A stretch of 64,000 nt of DNA from an uncultured Clostridia bacterium (lineage in GTDB: Bacteria; Bacillota; Clostridia; Oscillospirales; Oscillospiraceae): NCBI GenBank assembly GCA_946186375.1, contig CAMHMZ010000009.1, positions 1,419 to 65,418 on the forward strand. Reading direction: 5' to 3'. Below, one piece after another: positions 36,201 through 44,306 of the stretch. Positions within the stretch are counted from its first letter, which is position 1, and the number at the start of each line of letters is the position of its first letter. A model generated the notes under the pieces. It was not told where the DNA came from. It searched no databases and saw only the letters and a program-made list of their open reading frames with translations. The translations under genes and the position numbers were made by a program.

Positions 36201-36413
36201 CTGCAGAAGCTCTCGGTCGGCGACCATCACGTGACCGTCCTCTTCGACGACGGCGAGGTCGGAACACGGCTGACCGTCAAGAGCGCCTCCGGCGCCCCGA
36301 CCACCGGCGACGATGTGCCGATCTTCGCATATCTCGCGCTGACGTCGCTCTCCGCCGCCGCGCTCCTGCTGCTCGGCAAAAAGCGCAGAAAACAGCTTTC
36401 CTCCGACCGCTGA
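33264..36413 (+). CDS. large cell-wall-anchored surface protein (Listeria-Bacteroides-type repeats, ALGHDWG modules, Pro/Thr linker, xPxTG sorting signal)
   Basis: AGGAGGAG RBS. Signal peptide ..[19 protein letters not shown]...FNGW repeats. Two ..ALGHDWG.. modules. About 100-aa PT linker. C-terminal APTTGD, hydrophobic helix, then KKRRK. Confidence 0.8.
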   Translation: MTGKKLFALLLALLLCLSLVPLSALAEGEVYTVTLDPGEGTGEPVSYRSDEGTIADDWRSSGNLQFFYEEDGGLGFHLGNNYCPDGFTAPAGQVFNGWSPTSGVIKLGRTETTFTAQWRDAGSAAISFSPDSITLSANDFDANGYAALSFDLTIDFGPNATSDANVSVSFDGGVVFKGSSRIAWKVSQADEDTQSDSINQQFFADSGYRSFPFKLYIDPAALAAAEPGSYTATPNCYLSWDFIGGSPAPGDVEIPLTLVVPEPSYPITLTYDNDGGAVGVDKEEAAAGETVAVKVDPYDGYTLGSVAVTDADGSPVTVTLTDADNGIYTFVMPASAATVAVDFQVITVDAVVDFGTGHETFVQNHFGGTYAVDGARITVPIPRGESHTVLLAWETLEGKLLELLWDNPLDNGERLYQYLGRKSMVAYGSEDALSEDKRLARDEAFVPGTVFTALWEQPVRNATITVTPPACGTEVHYEYKTGIYVWAVPQPQLSVSSPCTFQDYQLFYNSWSLSDEEHHYGVGDSVVMTGGNSYTAYGYLDAGFGYRIDPKLLTVEVVGGTLLSFGNDWTRFEISVPVEHDIPDDAVRVEPTCAEEGTLSYHCDGCGQDVVDPIEALGHDWGAPTYTWADDNSTVTATRVCSRDTVNHVETETVNAVGEVTKAATCEEKGETTYTATFENEAFSAQTKTVEDVKALGHDWGEWTETKAPTETEEGEETRVCAHDPSHVETRAIAKLEPAATPTPTPTATPAPTATPKPTATPAPTATPAPTATPAPTATPAPTATPAPTPEPSPEPTPVPTPEPSPEPTPEPTPEPTPVPTPEPTPVPTPVPTPVPTPEPEIYTVTVKDDGHGTAEATPASGPSGTKVALTAEPDEGYSFKDWEVVSGGVTVKNDSFTIGDEDVELLALFEADYRVVSGANGSWTKNSGKDYTLTVKRDVDDESCFAHFVGVELDGAALSAADYTAKAGSTVVTLKAAALQKLSVGDHHVTVLFDDGEVGTRLTVKSASGAPTTGDDVPIFAYLALTSLSAAALLLLGKKRRKQLSSDR
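35476..35785 (+). repeat. in-frame tandem DNA repeats encoding the Pro/Thr linker of the surface protein
   Basis: Successive near-identical 18-bp units CACGCCCGCGCCTACGGC (ATPAPT), followed by 12- and 36-bp units (PEPT/PVPT). Confidence 0.85.
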
Positions 36414-36420
36414 GCGCTGT

Positions 36421-36835
36421 TCGTTTTCAGTTTTCAGAACGCTAAACGGTTGTTTAGCGAGAAGTTTGAAATGATGTCGTAGGGGCGGCTATCAGCCGCC
36501 CGCGGACACGGTACTGGTTTGACGGGCGGCTGATAGCCGCCCCTACGGGAAACGTGACCGCCTTTTGTAGGGGCCGGCGTCCCCGACGGCCCGGCAGAAG
36601 CACCTCAAATATATACAAAAATCCCCGGCGAATTCGTAGAAAAGCACGTATTCGCCGGGGATTTATTCACCTTTTCAGTTTGTGCCGCGCGGGGCGATGA
36701 AGGCATCGCCCCCTACGACGTGGACGTCAATTTCCTCGTTCTATCCTTCGTTTTCCCTCATTCCGAATTCCGAACTCCGAATTCCGAATTCGTCGCTGAA
36801 CTCGAATTTATCGCTCTTCTGAAAACTGAAAACTG
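36421..36835 (+). repeat. modular intergenic element, copy R3 (modules H1+H2+H3)
   Basis: The most complete copy (R6, 436 bp, is slightly longer). Fills the whole gap between the convergent surface-protein and MFS genes. Confidence 0.85.
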
Positions 36836-38239
36836 TCAACGGTAGGTGTCGGCGGTGATGGCGTCGAGATCGACGTTTTTCGTCTCCTTCACCTTCGTCA
36901 GCAGCACGAGCAGCGACAGGGCCATGAAGGGCACGCAGATCAGCAAAAACAGCAGATCCATCGGCAGGAAGTTCTGGCAGACGATGAAGAGGATCTGGCC
37001 GATGAACATGCCCGCGCCGATCATGACCGAGATCGTCCCCATGACCGAGGAGCGCATGCCGGAGGGCGAGGACTCGGCGGGCATGGTGAGGATGATCGTG
37101 TCGGACATCGACCAGAGGCCGCCGATCGAGCAGCCGTAGGCGATTCCCGCGGCGAGCGGCCCCCAGCCCAGACGGCAGGCGAGCACGAAGAGCGTCAGCC
37201 CGACGAGGGCGAGGCTGCCCAGCAGCACGCAGGCCTTCTTGCGCCCGAGCTTATCGGAGAAGAAGCCGCTGGCGATGGTGACGAGGCCGTTGAAGAAGGG
37301 ATAGACGATGAGCGCCGTGCCGACGAGCTCCGTGCTCATGGCGCCCTCCAGCACCGTCGCGTAATACGAGGTGTAGAAGGTCGTGGCGAAGAAGAGGAAA
37401 CCCGCGATCAAAATCCAGCGCAGCTGGGGTGTGGCGAAGATGAAGCGCAGGGCGCGGAACACGCCGCCCTCCTCAGCCGCGCCGCTTTTGGCGTCGGCCT
37501 CCCGGCGCGCGCGGCGCTCCTCCGGCGTCAGTGAGAGCCAGGCGCGGCGCTGATCGACGAAGACCGGCGTCTCGCGCACGAGGAAGAAGGACAAGCCCCC
37601 GATCACGAGCGCGACGGCGACCGGGATGAGATACACGAGCCGCCAGCTGCCGGGCTCGTCCTCGCGCAGGAAGAGCCGCGAGAGAACGCCGATGAGCGAG
37701 ACGCTGATGAGGGCGATCCCCTTGGCGATGAAGCTGTAGGTCGCGCGCTTGGCCTTCGGCGCCGTCTCCATGATATAGAGCACCTGCATGTCGTTCGGCG
37801 TGAAAAACAGCATGGCGAGCATGCCGAGGATGTACTGCAGCACGCTCCGGCTCGTCATGACGATCAGCATGCCGACGCCCATGCCGAGCGTGTTGATCAT
37901 CAGAAAGAGCCTGCGGCCGTATTTGTCCGACAGGGCCTTGTAGAAGGGCGTGATGATCAGAAACAGGTTCGAGGCCACCTGCCAGGGCGCGACGGTGTTG
38001 ATGGCGCCGGTGTATCCCGGGTCGCTGACGCTCCGGGACGTGATGTGGAAGAGATCGAAGAGCACATAGGGCTGCATGGCCGCGTTGACGTTCGAGGTGA
38101 TCTCGTCCACAACGTAGATGACCGTCAGCACGATCATCACGAACAGGAGATAGCGCGCGGTTTTGGGCCGCGCCGCCTCGCGGTCGAGCCGCTCGAGCTC
38201 GCGCCGCTCCTTCGCCGGATCGACGGGTCTGTCTTTCAT
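36836..38239 (-). CDS. MFS transporter
   Basis: 467 aa with about 12 predicted hydrophobic helices and a GRRLFLMINT-type loop motif. AAGGGGGA RBS. Confidence 0.85.
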   Translation of the reverse strand: MKDRPVDPAKERRELERLDREAARPKTARYLLFVMIVLTVIYVVDEITSNVNAAMQPYVLFDLFHITSRSVSDPGYTGAINTVAPWQVASNLFLIITPFYKALSDKYGRRLFLMINTLGMGVGMLIVMTSRSVLQYILGMLAMLFFTPNDMQVLYIMETAPKAKRATYSFIAKGIALISVSLIGVLSRLFLREDEPGSWRLVYLIPVAVALVIGGLSFFLVRETPVFVDQRRAWLSLTPEERRARREADAKSGAAEEGGVFRALRFIFATPQLRWILIAGFLFFATTFYTSYYATVLEGAMSTELVGTALIVYPFFNGLVTIASGFFSDKLGRKKACVLLGSLALVGLTLFVLACRLGWGPLAAGIAYGCSIGGLWSMSDTIILTMPAESSPSGMRSSVMGTISVMIGAGMFIGQILFIVCQNFLPMDLLFLLICVPFMALSLLVLLTKVKETKNVDLDAITADTYR

Positions 38240-38309
38240 GGCGTGTCCCCCTTACAGGAAATATCCGGATAAAGTATACCAGCCTGGAAAGAAAATACAA
38301 GCGCCGTAC

Positions 38310-39095
38310 TCAGAATTCCTTTTCAAAGCTCGCGATCACGGCGTTCATGACCGCGGCGCGGAAGGCGCTCTCCTCCAGCGTGCGCACGCCCTGGATCGTG
38401 CTCCCGGCGGGCGAGCAGACGCGATCCTTCAGCACGGCCGGGTGCTCCCCGGTCTGCAGCAGCAGCTCCGCCGAGCCCTTGAGCATCTGTGCGGCGCAGC
38501 GCAGCGCCTCGGCGCGCGGCAGCCCGCAGGCCACGGCCCCATCCGCGAGCGCCTCCACAAAGAGCGCCGCAAAGGCCGGGCCGCAGCCGGTAACGCCCGT
38601 CGCCGCGTCCATCAGCCTTTCATCGAGCTCGCTGACGAGGCCCGAGGCCGCCATCAGCTCGCAGAAAAACGCCTTTTCCTCCGCCGTGACCTCGCTTGAC
38701 GCGGCAAACAGCGAAACGCCGCTTCCCACCGCGACGGGGATGTTCGGCATGACGCGGATCAGCGGCAGGCCGGGCAGGAGCGCTGCGAGCGAGGCCAGAT
38801 CCCTGCCGGCCACCATGGACACGATGACAACGCGGTCTTTCCGGTTCAAAAGCAGCTCCCGGATCCCGTCAAGCATGCCCTCGAGCAGCTGCGGCTTGAC
38901 GCCGAGGAAGAGGACGTCCGCCTCGGCGGCCGCCCTGCGGTTGTCCACGGCCTCCCCGCCGAGCTCTTCGGCCAGACGGATGGCCTTCTCCGGGCTGCGG
39001 TTAGAAAGAAGGAGCCTGTCCGCCTTCCCGCTCTTCGCCGCCGCCCGCGCCAGCGCCGAGCCCATGTTTCCCGTTCCGATAAACGCAACTGTCAT
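38310..39095 (-). CDS. proC: pyrroline-5-carboxylate reductase
   Basis: MTVAFIGTGNMGSALA Rossmann start and the C-terminal ..CSPAGSTIQGV.. ProC signature. Confidence 0.9.
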   Translation of the reverse strand: MTVAFIGTGNMGSALARAAAKSGKADRLLLSNRSPEKAIRLAEELGGEAVDNRRAAAEADVLFLGVKPQLLEGMLDGIRELLLNRKDRVVIVSMVAGRDLASLAALLPGLPLIRVMPNIPVAVGSGVSLFAASSEVTAEEKAFFCELMAASGLVSELDERLMDAATGVTGCGPAFAALFVEALADGAVACGLPRAEALRCAAQMLKGSAELLLQTGEHPAVLKDRVCSPAGSTIQGVRTLEESAFRAAVMNAVIASFEKEF

Positions 39096-39286
39096 ATCTC
39101 TTCCTCCTTATGCGCTTTATGCCTTTTCGACAGATTTATTATAATAGAGGCCGCGCCCGCCCGTCAAGCACAGGCTGCCGCGCGTTATTTTTCGGAAAGC
39201 GCTTACATTTTTGTACAGATTGCATAAATTTTGCCGGATTTCTTTTCATTATATTTACAATTTACCCGTAGAAAAGCGCCTTTCCC

Positions 39287-39315
39287 TTGTAAATGACAGA
39301 CCCGGGTGATAGAAT
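39287..39315 (+). promoter_or_regulatory. promoter of the ABC transporter operon
   Basis: TTGTAA-17-TAGAAT. The leader of about 125 nt contains the hairpin CGCAAAG..CTTTGCG and a T-run. Confidence 0.4.
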
Positions 39316-39442
39316 TGCTTTCAGTTACTGTACAATTCTCTCCGTGTCCGCAAAGCAAACGCCCCCCGCCTTTGCGCGAGAGGCTTTTGTTCCTGTTTTT
39401 TTCTGTACGAGGGCAAGTCTGAGAAAAGAGGAGTGGGTCAAC

Positions 39443-40288
39443 TTGTTCAAAATGCTCAACCCGCGGCGCTTCTACCATGCGGTCGGGCGAAAGAAGTTCT
39501 GGGAGTTCATCCTGCTGGCGGTGTTCATCCTGTTCTTCTACGGCCCCATGCTGAACATGGTGATGCTGGCCTTCGCCAACGAATACAGCGTGCCGCACGT
39601 GTTCCCGGAGCAGTGGGGCTTCAAATGGTGGAAATACATCTTCCAGCAGAAGAGCCTGGTGTCCTCCATGGTCCAGTCCTTCATCGTGGCCCTGGTCACG
39701 ACGGGCGTGTCGATGCTGCTGTGCATCCCGGCAGCCTATTCCATCGCCCGCTTCAAGTACCCCGGCCGGAAGATCTTCATGCTCTCCTTCCTGCTCACCA
39801 ACGCCTTCCCGAAGCTGGGCATCTACACCTCCATCGCCGTGCTCTTCTATAAGTATAACCTCATGGGCACCTACACCGGCGTCGTGCTGATCCACATGAT
39901 CAACTCCATGATGTTCATGGTCTGGCTCCCGGCCAGCGCCTTCCGCTCGGTGCACCGGCAGCAGGAGGAGGCCGCGCGCGACGTGGGCGCCGGCCCGATC
40001 CGCACCTTCTTCAAGGTGACGCTGCCGATGGCCATGCCGGGCATCTCGGTCGCCACGCTCTACACCTTCCTCGGCTCCATGGAGGAGGCCCAGGGCACCA
40101 TGCTCGTCGGCATGGCGCGCATCCAGACGATGCCTGTGGCCATGTACGGCATCGTGCTCGACTCCTCGGCCGTGCAGATCGGCGCGGTGTTCGCGATTTT
40201 GCTGATCATCCCGTCGGTCATCATGATCTTTGCCATGAGAAAGTATATCGGCCCGGAGGCCATCTCCGGCGGCTTTAAGATGAAGTAA
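39443..40288 (+). CDS. ABC transporter permease (PotC-like)
   Basis: In-frame TTG 39443 lies 9 nt after AGAGGAG. The alternative ATG is at 39452. Six-TM BPD-type permease. Confidence 0.8.
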   Translation: MFKMLNPRRFYHAVGRKKFWEFILLAVFILFFYGPMLNMVMLAFANEYSVPHVFPEQWGFKWWKYIFQQKSLVSSMVQSFIVALVTTGVSMLLCIPAAYSIARFKYPGRKIFMLSFLLTNAFPKLGIYTSIAVLFYKYNLMGTYTGVVLIHMINSMMFMVWLPASAFRSVHRQQEEAARDVGAGPIRTFFKVTLPMAMPGISVATLYTFLGSMEEAQGTMLVGMARIQTMPVAMYGIVLDSSAVQIGAVFAILLIIPSVIMIFAMRKYIGPEAISGGFKMK

Positions 40289-40301
40289 GGAGAGAAGAGC
40301 C

Positions 40302-41303
40302 ATGAGTGAAAATCGCAAGGTCAAGCTTGAGATAAAGGATATGACCAAGCTCTACGACAACGGCGACGGCGTAGAGCACATCAACCTCAAGGTCTATGAG
40401 GGCGAGATCGTCACCTTCCTCGGCCCCTCCGGCTGCGGCAAGACCACGATCCTGCGCACCATCGGCGGCTTTCTGGACGTGACGAGCGGCGACATCACCG
40501 TCGACGGCCAGTCCATCGTCGCGCTCCCGCCCGAGAAGCGCCCCACCGCCATGGTGTTCCAGAGCTACAACCTCTGGCCGCACATGACCATCTATGAAAA
40601 CCTCGCCTTCGGTCTGAAGCTCAGGAAGATCCCCAAGGCCGAGATCGACGCCGAGATCAAAAAGCACCTGGCTCTCGTGAGCATGAGCGGCACGGAGAAA
40701 AAATACCCCGGCCAGCTCTCCGGCGGCCAGCAGCAGCGTATCGCCATCGCGCGCTCGCTGATGCTCAAGCCCTCCCTCCTTCTCCTGGACGAGCCCTTCT
40801 CCGCGCTCGACGCGAAGATCCGCCAGCAGATGCGCGAGGAGCTCAAGAAGATCCAGAGCGACCTCGGCATCACGGTCATCTTCGTCACGCACGACCAGGA
40901 GGAGGCCATGAGCCTTTCGCACCGCATCGTCGTCATGAACAAGGGCAAGTTCGAGCAGGTCGGCACCCCGGCCGAGATCTACGACAACCCGAAGACCCTG
41001 CACGTGGCCTCCTTCATCGGCGAGATGAACTTCATCAAGCGCGGCGGCAAGACCATCGCCGTGCGCCCCGAAAACGTGAGCGTGCGCCCCGGCAGCGGCG
41101 ACGATCTGGACGGCACCGTGCGCACCATCATGCTGCTGGGCCACTACGTGGTGCTCAACGTCCAGTGCGGCGAGAACGTCGTCAAGTGCAACGTTGACCG
41201 CGAGCTCAGCGACAGGCTGAAGATCGGCGACCCTGTCACGCTGACGTTCAACAAGTATTCCGAGTTTGACACCGAGGCAGGCTTCACCCCCGTCGCACAG
41301 TAA
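40302..41303 (+). CDS. ABC transporter ATP-binding protein (PotA/CysA-like)
   Basis: Walker [10 protein letters not shown], signature LSGGQQQR, Walker [13 protein letters not shown], and a C-terminal regulatory (TOBE-like) domain. Confidence 0.9.
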   Translation: MSENRKVKLEIKDMTKLYDNGDGVEHINLKVYEGEIVTFLGPSGCGKTTILRTIGGFLDVTSGDITVDGQSIVALPPEKRPTAMVFQSYNLWPHMTIYENLAFGLKLRKIPKAEIDAEIKKHLALVSMSGTEKKYPGQLSGGQQQRIAIARSLMLKPSLLLLDEPFSALDAKIRQQMREELKKIQSDLGITVIFVTHDQEEAMSLSHRIVVMNKGKFEQVGTPAEIYDNPKTLHVASFIGEMNFIKRGGKTIAVRPENVSVRPGSGDDLDGTVRTIMLLGHYVVLNVQCGENVVKCNVDRELSDRLKIGDPVTLTFNKYSEFDTEAGFTPVAQ

Positions 41304-41364
41304 GTTCGTTATGAGGGGCGCCGCCCCTCCGGCGATAAAAAATGAAAAAGGAGAACGCAAAATC

Positions 41365-42516
41365 ATGAAAAAAGTCCTTGCACTGATCCTCGCGCTCGCC
41401 ATGGTGTTCGCCCTGGCCGCCTGCGGCGGCAGCGGCAGCAACTCCGGCGCTGCTTCCGGCGGAAAGACCAAGGTCACGCTGTGGGCCACCGGCTCCGACA
41501 ACGTCCGCCAGATCTTCGAGACCCTGACCGCTGACTTCAACTCCAAGAACGACCAGTATGAGGTCGAGCTGCAGTTCATGCTCTCCGGCACCGGCACCCA
41601 GACCCTCGCCGACATGCTGACTGCCGCCTCCCAGGCCGGCCAGACCAACACCGACTACGACATCGTCGACTTCTCCGGCGACGACTGGTCCAAGGTCACC
41701 TCTCTCATCGGCGCCGAGCAGTTTGTGAAGCTGGACGCGGCCAAGATGCCCAACGCCGCCAACGTCGCTGCGAAGAGCTCTGTCGCTCCCGACTACTGCC
41801 AGCCCTACCGCGGCACCACCGTTATCCTGGCTTATGACTCCGAGAAGGTCCCCACGCCTCCCGCCACGGTTGACGAGCTCGTCGAGTGGATGAAGGCCAA
41901 TCCCGGCCGCTTCGCCTACAACGCCCCCGGCACCGGCGGCGCCGGCGACTCCTGCGCCCGCAGCTTCGTTTACAACTTCCTGCCCGAGGAAGCCTTCACC
42001 TCCGACGACGAGAAGTGGGTCGCCGAGTGGGACAAGGGCTTTGACTTCCTCAAGGAGATCCATCCCTACATGTACAAGTCCGGCGGCGCCGTCGTGTACC
42101 CCGCCAAGAACCAGGGCACTCTGGACCTGCTGAACCAGGGCGAGATCGACATGTGCCCCAACTGGGCCGACATGGTCCTGAGCCAGCGTGCGGCCGGCCA
42201 GATCAAGGACACCATCAAGATCACCCAGATCCAGCCCTCCTTCACCGGCTCTCTGCAGACCCTCGCCATCCCGACCTTCGGCTCTCATGAGGACGGCGCT
42301 TACGCCTTCATGAACTACATGCTCTCCGCCGACGCGCAGGAGATCATGGTCAAGCAGATGGCCGCGATCCCCCTGATCGACGTCACCGGCATGGATATGA
42401 CCGGCTATGAGGACCTCAACGACCTCGACGTCTCCAGCTTCCGCATCCAGTCCATCGGCGGCCTCTCCACCCAGTTCAACGAGCGCTGGGACAACGAGAT
42501 CGCTACCATCGGCTAA
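41365..42516 (+). CDS. ABC transporter substrate-binding lipoprotein (family 1, PotD-like)
   Basis: ORF 41266..42516 trimmed to ATG 41365 behind AAAGGAGAA. Lipobox ALAACGG. Confidence 0.85.
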   Translation: MKKVLALILALAMVFALAACGGSGSNSGAASGGKTKVTLWATGSDNVRQIFETLTADFNSKNDQYEVELQFMLSGTGTQTLADMLTAASQAGQTNTDYDIVDFSGDDWSKVTSLIGAEQFVKLDAAKMPNAANVAAKSSVAPDYCQPYRGTTVILAYDSEKVPTPPATVDELVEWMKANPGRFAYNAPGTGGAGDSCARSFVYNFLPEEAFTSDDEKWVAEWDKGFDFLKEIHPYMYKSGGAVVYPAKNQGTLDLLNQGEIDMCPNWADMVLSQRAAGQIKDTIKITQIQPSFTGSLQTLAIPTFGSHEDGAYAFMNYMLSADAQEIMVKQMAAIPLIDVTGMDMTGYEDLNDLDVSSFRIQSIGGLSTQFNERWDNEIATIG

Positions 42517-42607
42517 AGCTTTTCCCTTCCGGCGCGGCTCCGGCCGCGCCGGGAGCTGAAAGAAAAACCCCCCCTGTTTCCCCACATCACGGAATGAAGG
42601 TGGTCAA

Positions 42608-43453
42608 ATGAGCAAAAAGGCAAAACAGATGCTGGTCGCTTACGGCCTGGTCATCCCGGCCTTCGCGGTCGTCATGCTGACCGTGGCCTACCCGATCCTG
42701 GCGGCGGTGATCAAGAGCTTCCAGGACCCCAAAACGGGCGAGTTCACCTGGGCAAACTACAGCTACTTCTTCACCGATCCCATTCAGCTGAAGAACCTGC
42801 TGTACACGCTGTACGTCGTCGTTCTGACGGTGGTGATCGCGATCGTCGTGGCCTATCTTCTGGCGCTGTATCTGCGCTTCACCAAATCGAAGATCGCCAA
42901 GACCATCGGCACGCTCTATCTGCTGCCGCGCTTTGTGCCGGCGATGTGCGCCGTCTACGCCATGATCACCATCATCCGCGACTCCGGTCTCATCAACCGC
43001 CTGGGTCTTCTGTTCGGGAAGGATATCCATCTCGGCATGATGTACCACGCCAGCGGCATCATCACGATGAATCTCTGGTTCAACATCCCCTTCGCGGCGC
43101 TGATGATCACGGCCGGTCTCGGCGCGATCCCCGATTCGATCATCGAGGGCGCGCGCGACGTCGGCGCGGGCAAGTTCAAGACCTTCACGTCCATGATCCT
43201 GCCCCTGTCCGTCAAGGACGTGGTCGTGGCCTCCACCTTCGTCTTCATGTCGAACGTCGGCTCCTTCACCACGCCTTACCTGATGGGCGGCAACTCTCCG
43301 AAGATGCTGGGCATCGCGCTGTTCGATCAGTTCAACAAGTATCTGGCCTACAACCGCTCCGCGGCCTTGTCGGTCATCATGTTCCTGATCTGTTCGGTGT
43401 CGGCCTTCGTGTACATCTATTCCAACCTGAAGGAAAAAGAGTGGGAGAAATAA
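42608..43453 (+). CDS. ABC transporter permease (PotB-like)
   Basis: 281-aa six-TM permease with an EAA-like loop ..IIEGARDVGAGKFKTF... Confidence 0.85.
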   Translation: MSKKAKQMLVAYGLVIPAFAVVMLTVAYPILAAVIKSFQDPKTGEFTWANYSYFFTDPIQLKNLLYTLYVVVLTVVIAIVVAYLLALYLRFTKSKIAKTIGTLYLLPRFVPAMCAVYAMITIIRDSGLINRLGLLFGKDIHLGMMYHASGIITMNLWFNIPFAALMITAGLGAIPDSIIEGARDVGAGKFKTFTSMILPLSVKDVVVASTFVFMSNVGSFTTPYLMGGNSPKMLGIALFDQFNKYLAYNRSAALSVIMFLICSVSAFVYIYSNLKEKEWEK

Positions 43454-43475
43454 GAGCTTTTCCCATAAGCGTTAC

Positions 43476-43505
43476 CGGAGGAGGCGCCGCCTCCTCCGTT
43501 TTTTT
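43476..43505 (+). terminator. intrinsic terminator between the last ABC permease gene and the GDPD gene
   Basis: CGGAGGAGGCG-C-CGCCTCCTCCG then TTTTTTT. Only 16 nt separate it from the GDPD start. Confidence 0.65.
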
Positions 43506-43521
43506 GAAAGAGGGACTATGT

Positions 43522-44187
43522 ATGACGATGATCACCGCTCACTCCGGCGCGGACGGCCTGCCGGACAACAGCCGCGAATATCTGCGTCACGCGCTTGCCT
43601 CCGCGGCCGACGCCTTTGAGATCGACGTCCGCCGGGACGAGAGCGGTGCGCTCCGCCTCGGGCACGATGCGGCGGACGGCGCGCTGCCGAGTCTGGAGGA
43701 GGTCTTCACCCTGCTTGCGGCCTCGCCCCGGCCCCAGCGCGTCAACTGCGACCTCAAGGAGCCCGGGCTGGAGGAGGACGTCTGCGCGCTCGCCCGCGCC
43801 CACGGTCTTGCCGGGCGCGTGATCCTCACGGGCTCGGCCGATCCCGCGCTCTATGCCGCCTCGCCCGCCCTGCGCGAGACCGCCGAGCTCTGGCTCAACG
43901 CGGAGGAGGCCGTCGCGGATCTGTACGCGCGTGCGGCGGACCCCGCGTCCCGCGCCCGCGCGGCGGAGGAGCTCGCCGCCGTGTGCCAGCGCTGCGGCGT
44001 CACGACCGTCAACATGAACTACCGCCTGGCCGCGGAGGACTTCACGGCTCCTCTCGAGAAGGCGGGGCTCGCCCTCTCCCTCTGGACCGTGAACGAGCCG
44101 GAAGATCTGCGGCGCTTTCTCGCGCGCGGCGTCAGGAGCGTCACGACCCGCGCTCTCGCCGCGGCGCTCGCCGCAGCCGGCCGATAG
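43522..44187 (+). CDS. glycerophosphodiester phosphodiesterase family protein
   Basis: Embedded in ORF 42946..44187. ATG 43522 behind GAAAGAGGGA. MITAHSGADGLPDNS...FEIDVRRD..LGHD matches the GDPD catalytic N-terminus. Confidence 0.8.
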   Translation: MTMITAHSGADGLPDNSREYLRHALASAADAFEIDVRRDESGALRLGHDAADGALPSLEEVFTLLAASPRPQRVNCDLKEPGLEEDVCALARAHGLAGRVILTGSADPALYAASPALRETAELWLNAEEAVADLYARAADPASRARAAEELAAVCQRCGVTTVNMNYRLAAEDFTAPLEKAGLALSLWTVNEPEDLRRFLARGVRSVTTRALAAALAAAGR

Positions 44188-44201
44188 CGGTTCGTCATTT
44201 T

Positions 44202-44236
44202 GCCCGCTTTTTGGTAAAAAGCGGGCTTTGCTTTTT
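44202..44236 (+). terminator. intrinsic terminator after the GDPD gene
   Basis: GCCCGCTTTTT-GGT-AAAAAGCGGGC then TTTGCTTTTT. Confidence 0.75.
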
Positions 44237-44306
44237 GCTTGTCGTTTCGGCGTGTCTGTGGTAAAATCGTTCCCGTGAAAAAAACAGAGAAGCTGGGGGG
44301 AAAGAC

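Noticed and set aside
33978-36230. 750-aa reverse ORF (and 35441..35773) opposite the surface-protein gene
   Set aside because: It is the mirror image of the PT-repeat and repeat-domain coding sequence, which produces poly-GRG/GVG tracts. The plus-strand frame has a signal peptide, repeats and a sorting signal.
42529-42552. Hairpin CCGGCGCGGC-TCC-GGCCGCGCCGG after the ABC binding-protein gene, considered as a terminator
   Set aside because: No T-tract follows it (GAGCTGAAAG) and the next permease gene continues the operon. I treat it as an intercistronic stabilising stem at most, and mention it only within the operon finding.
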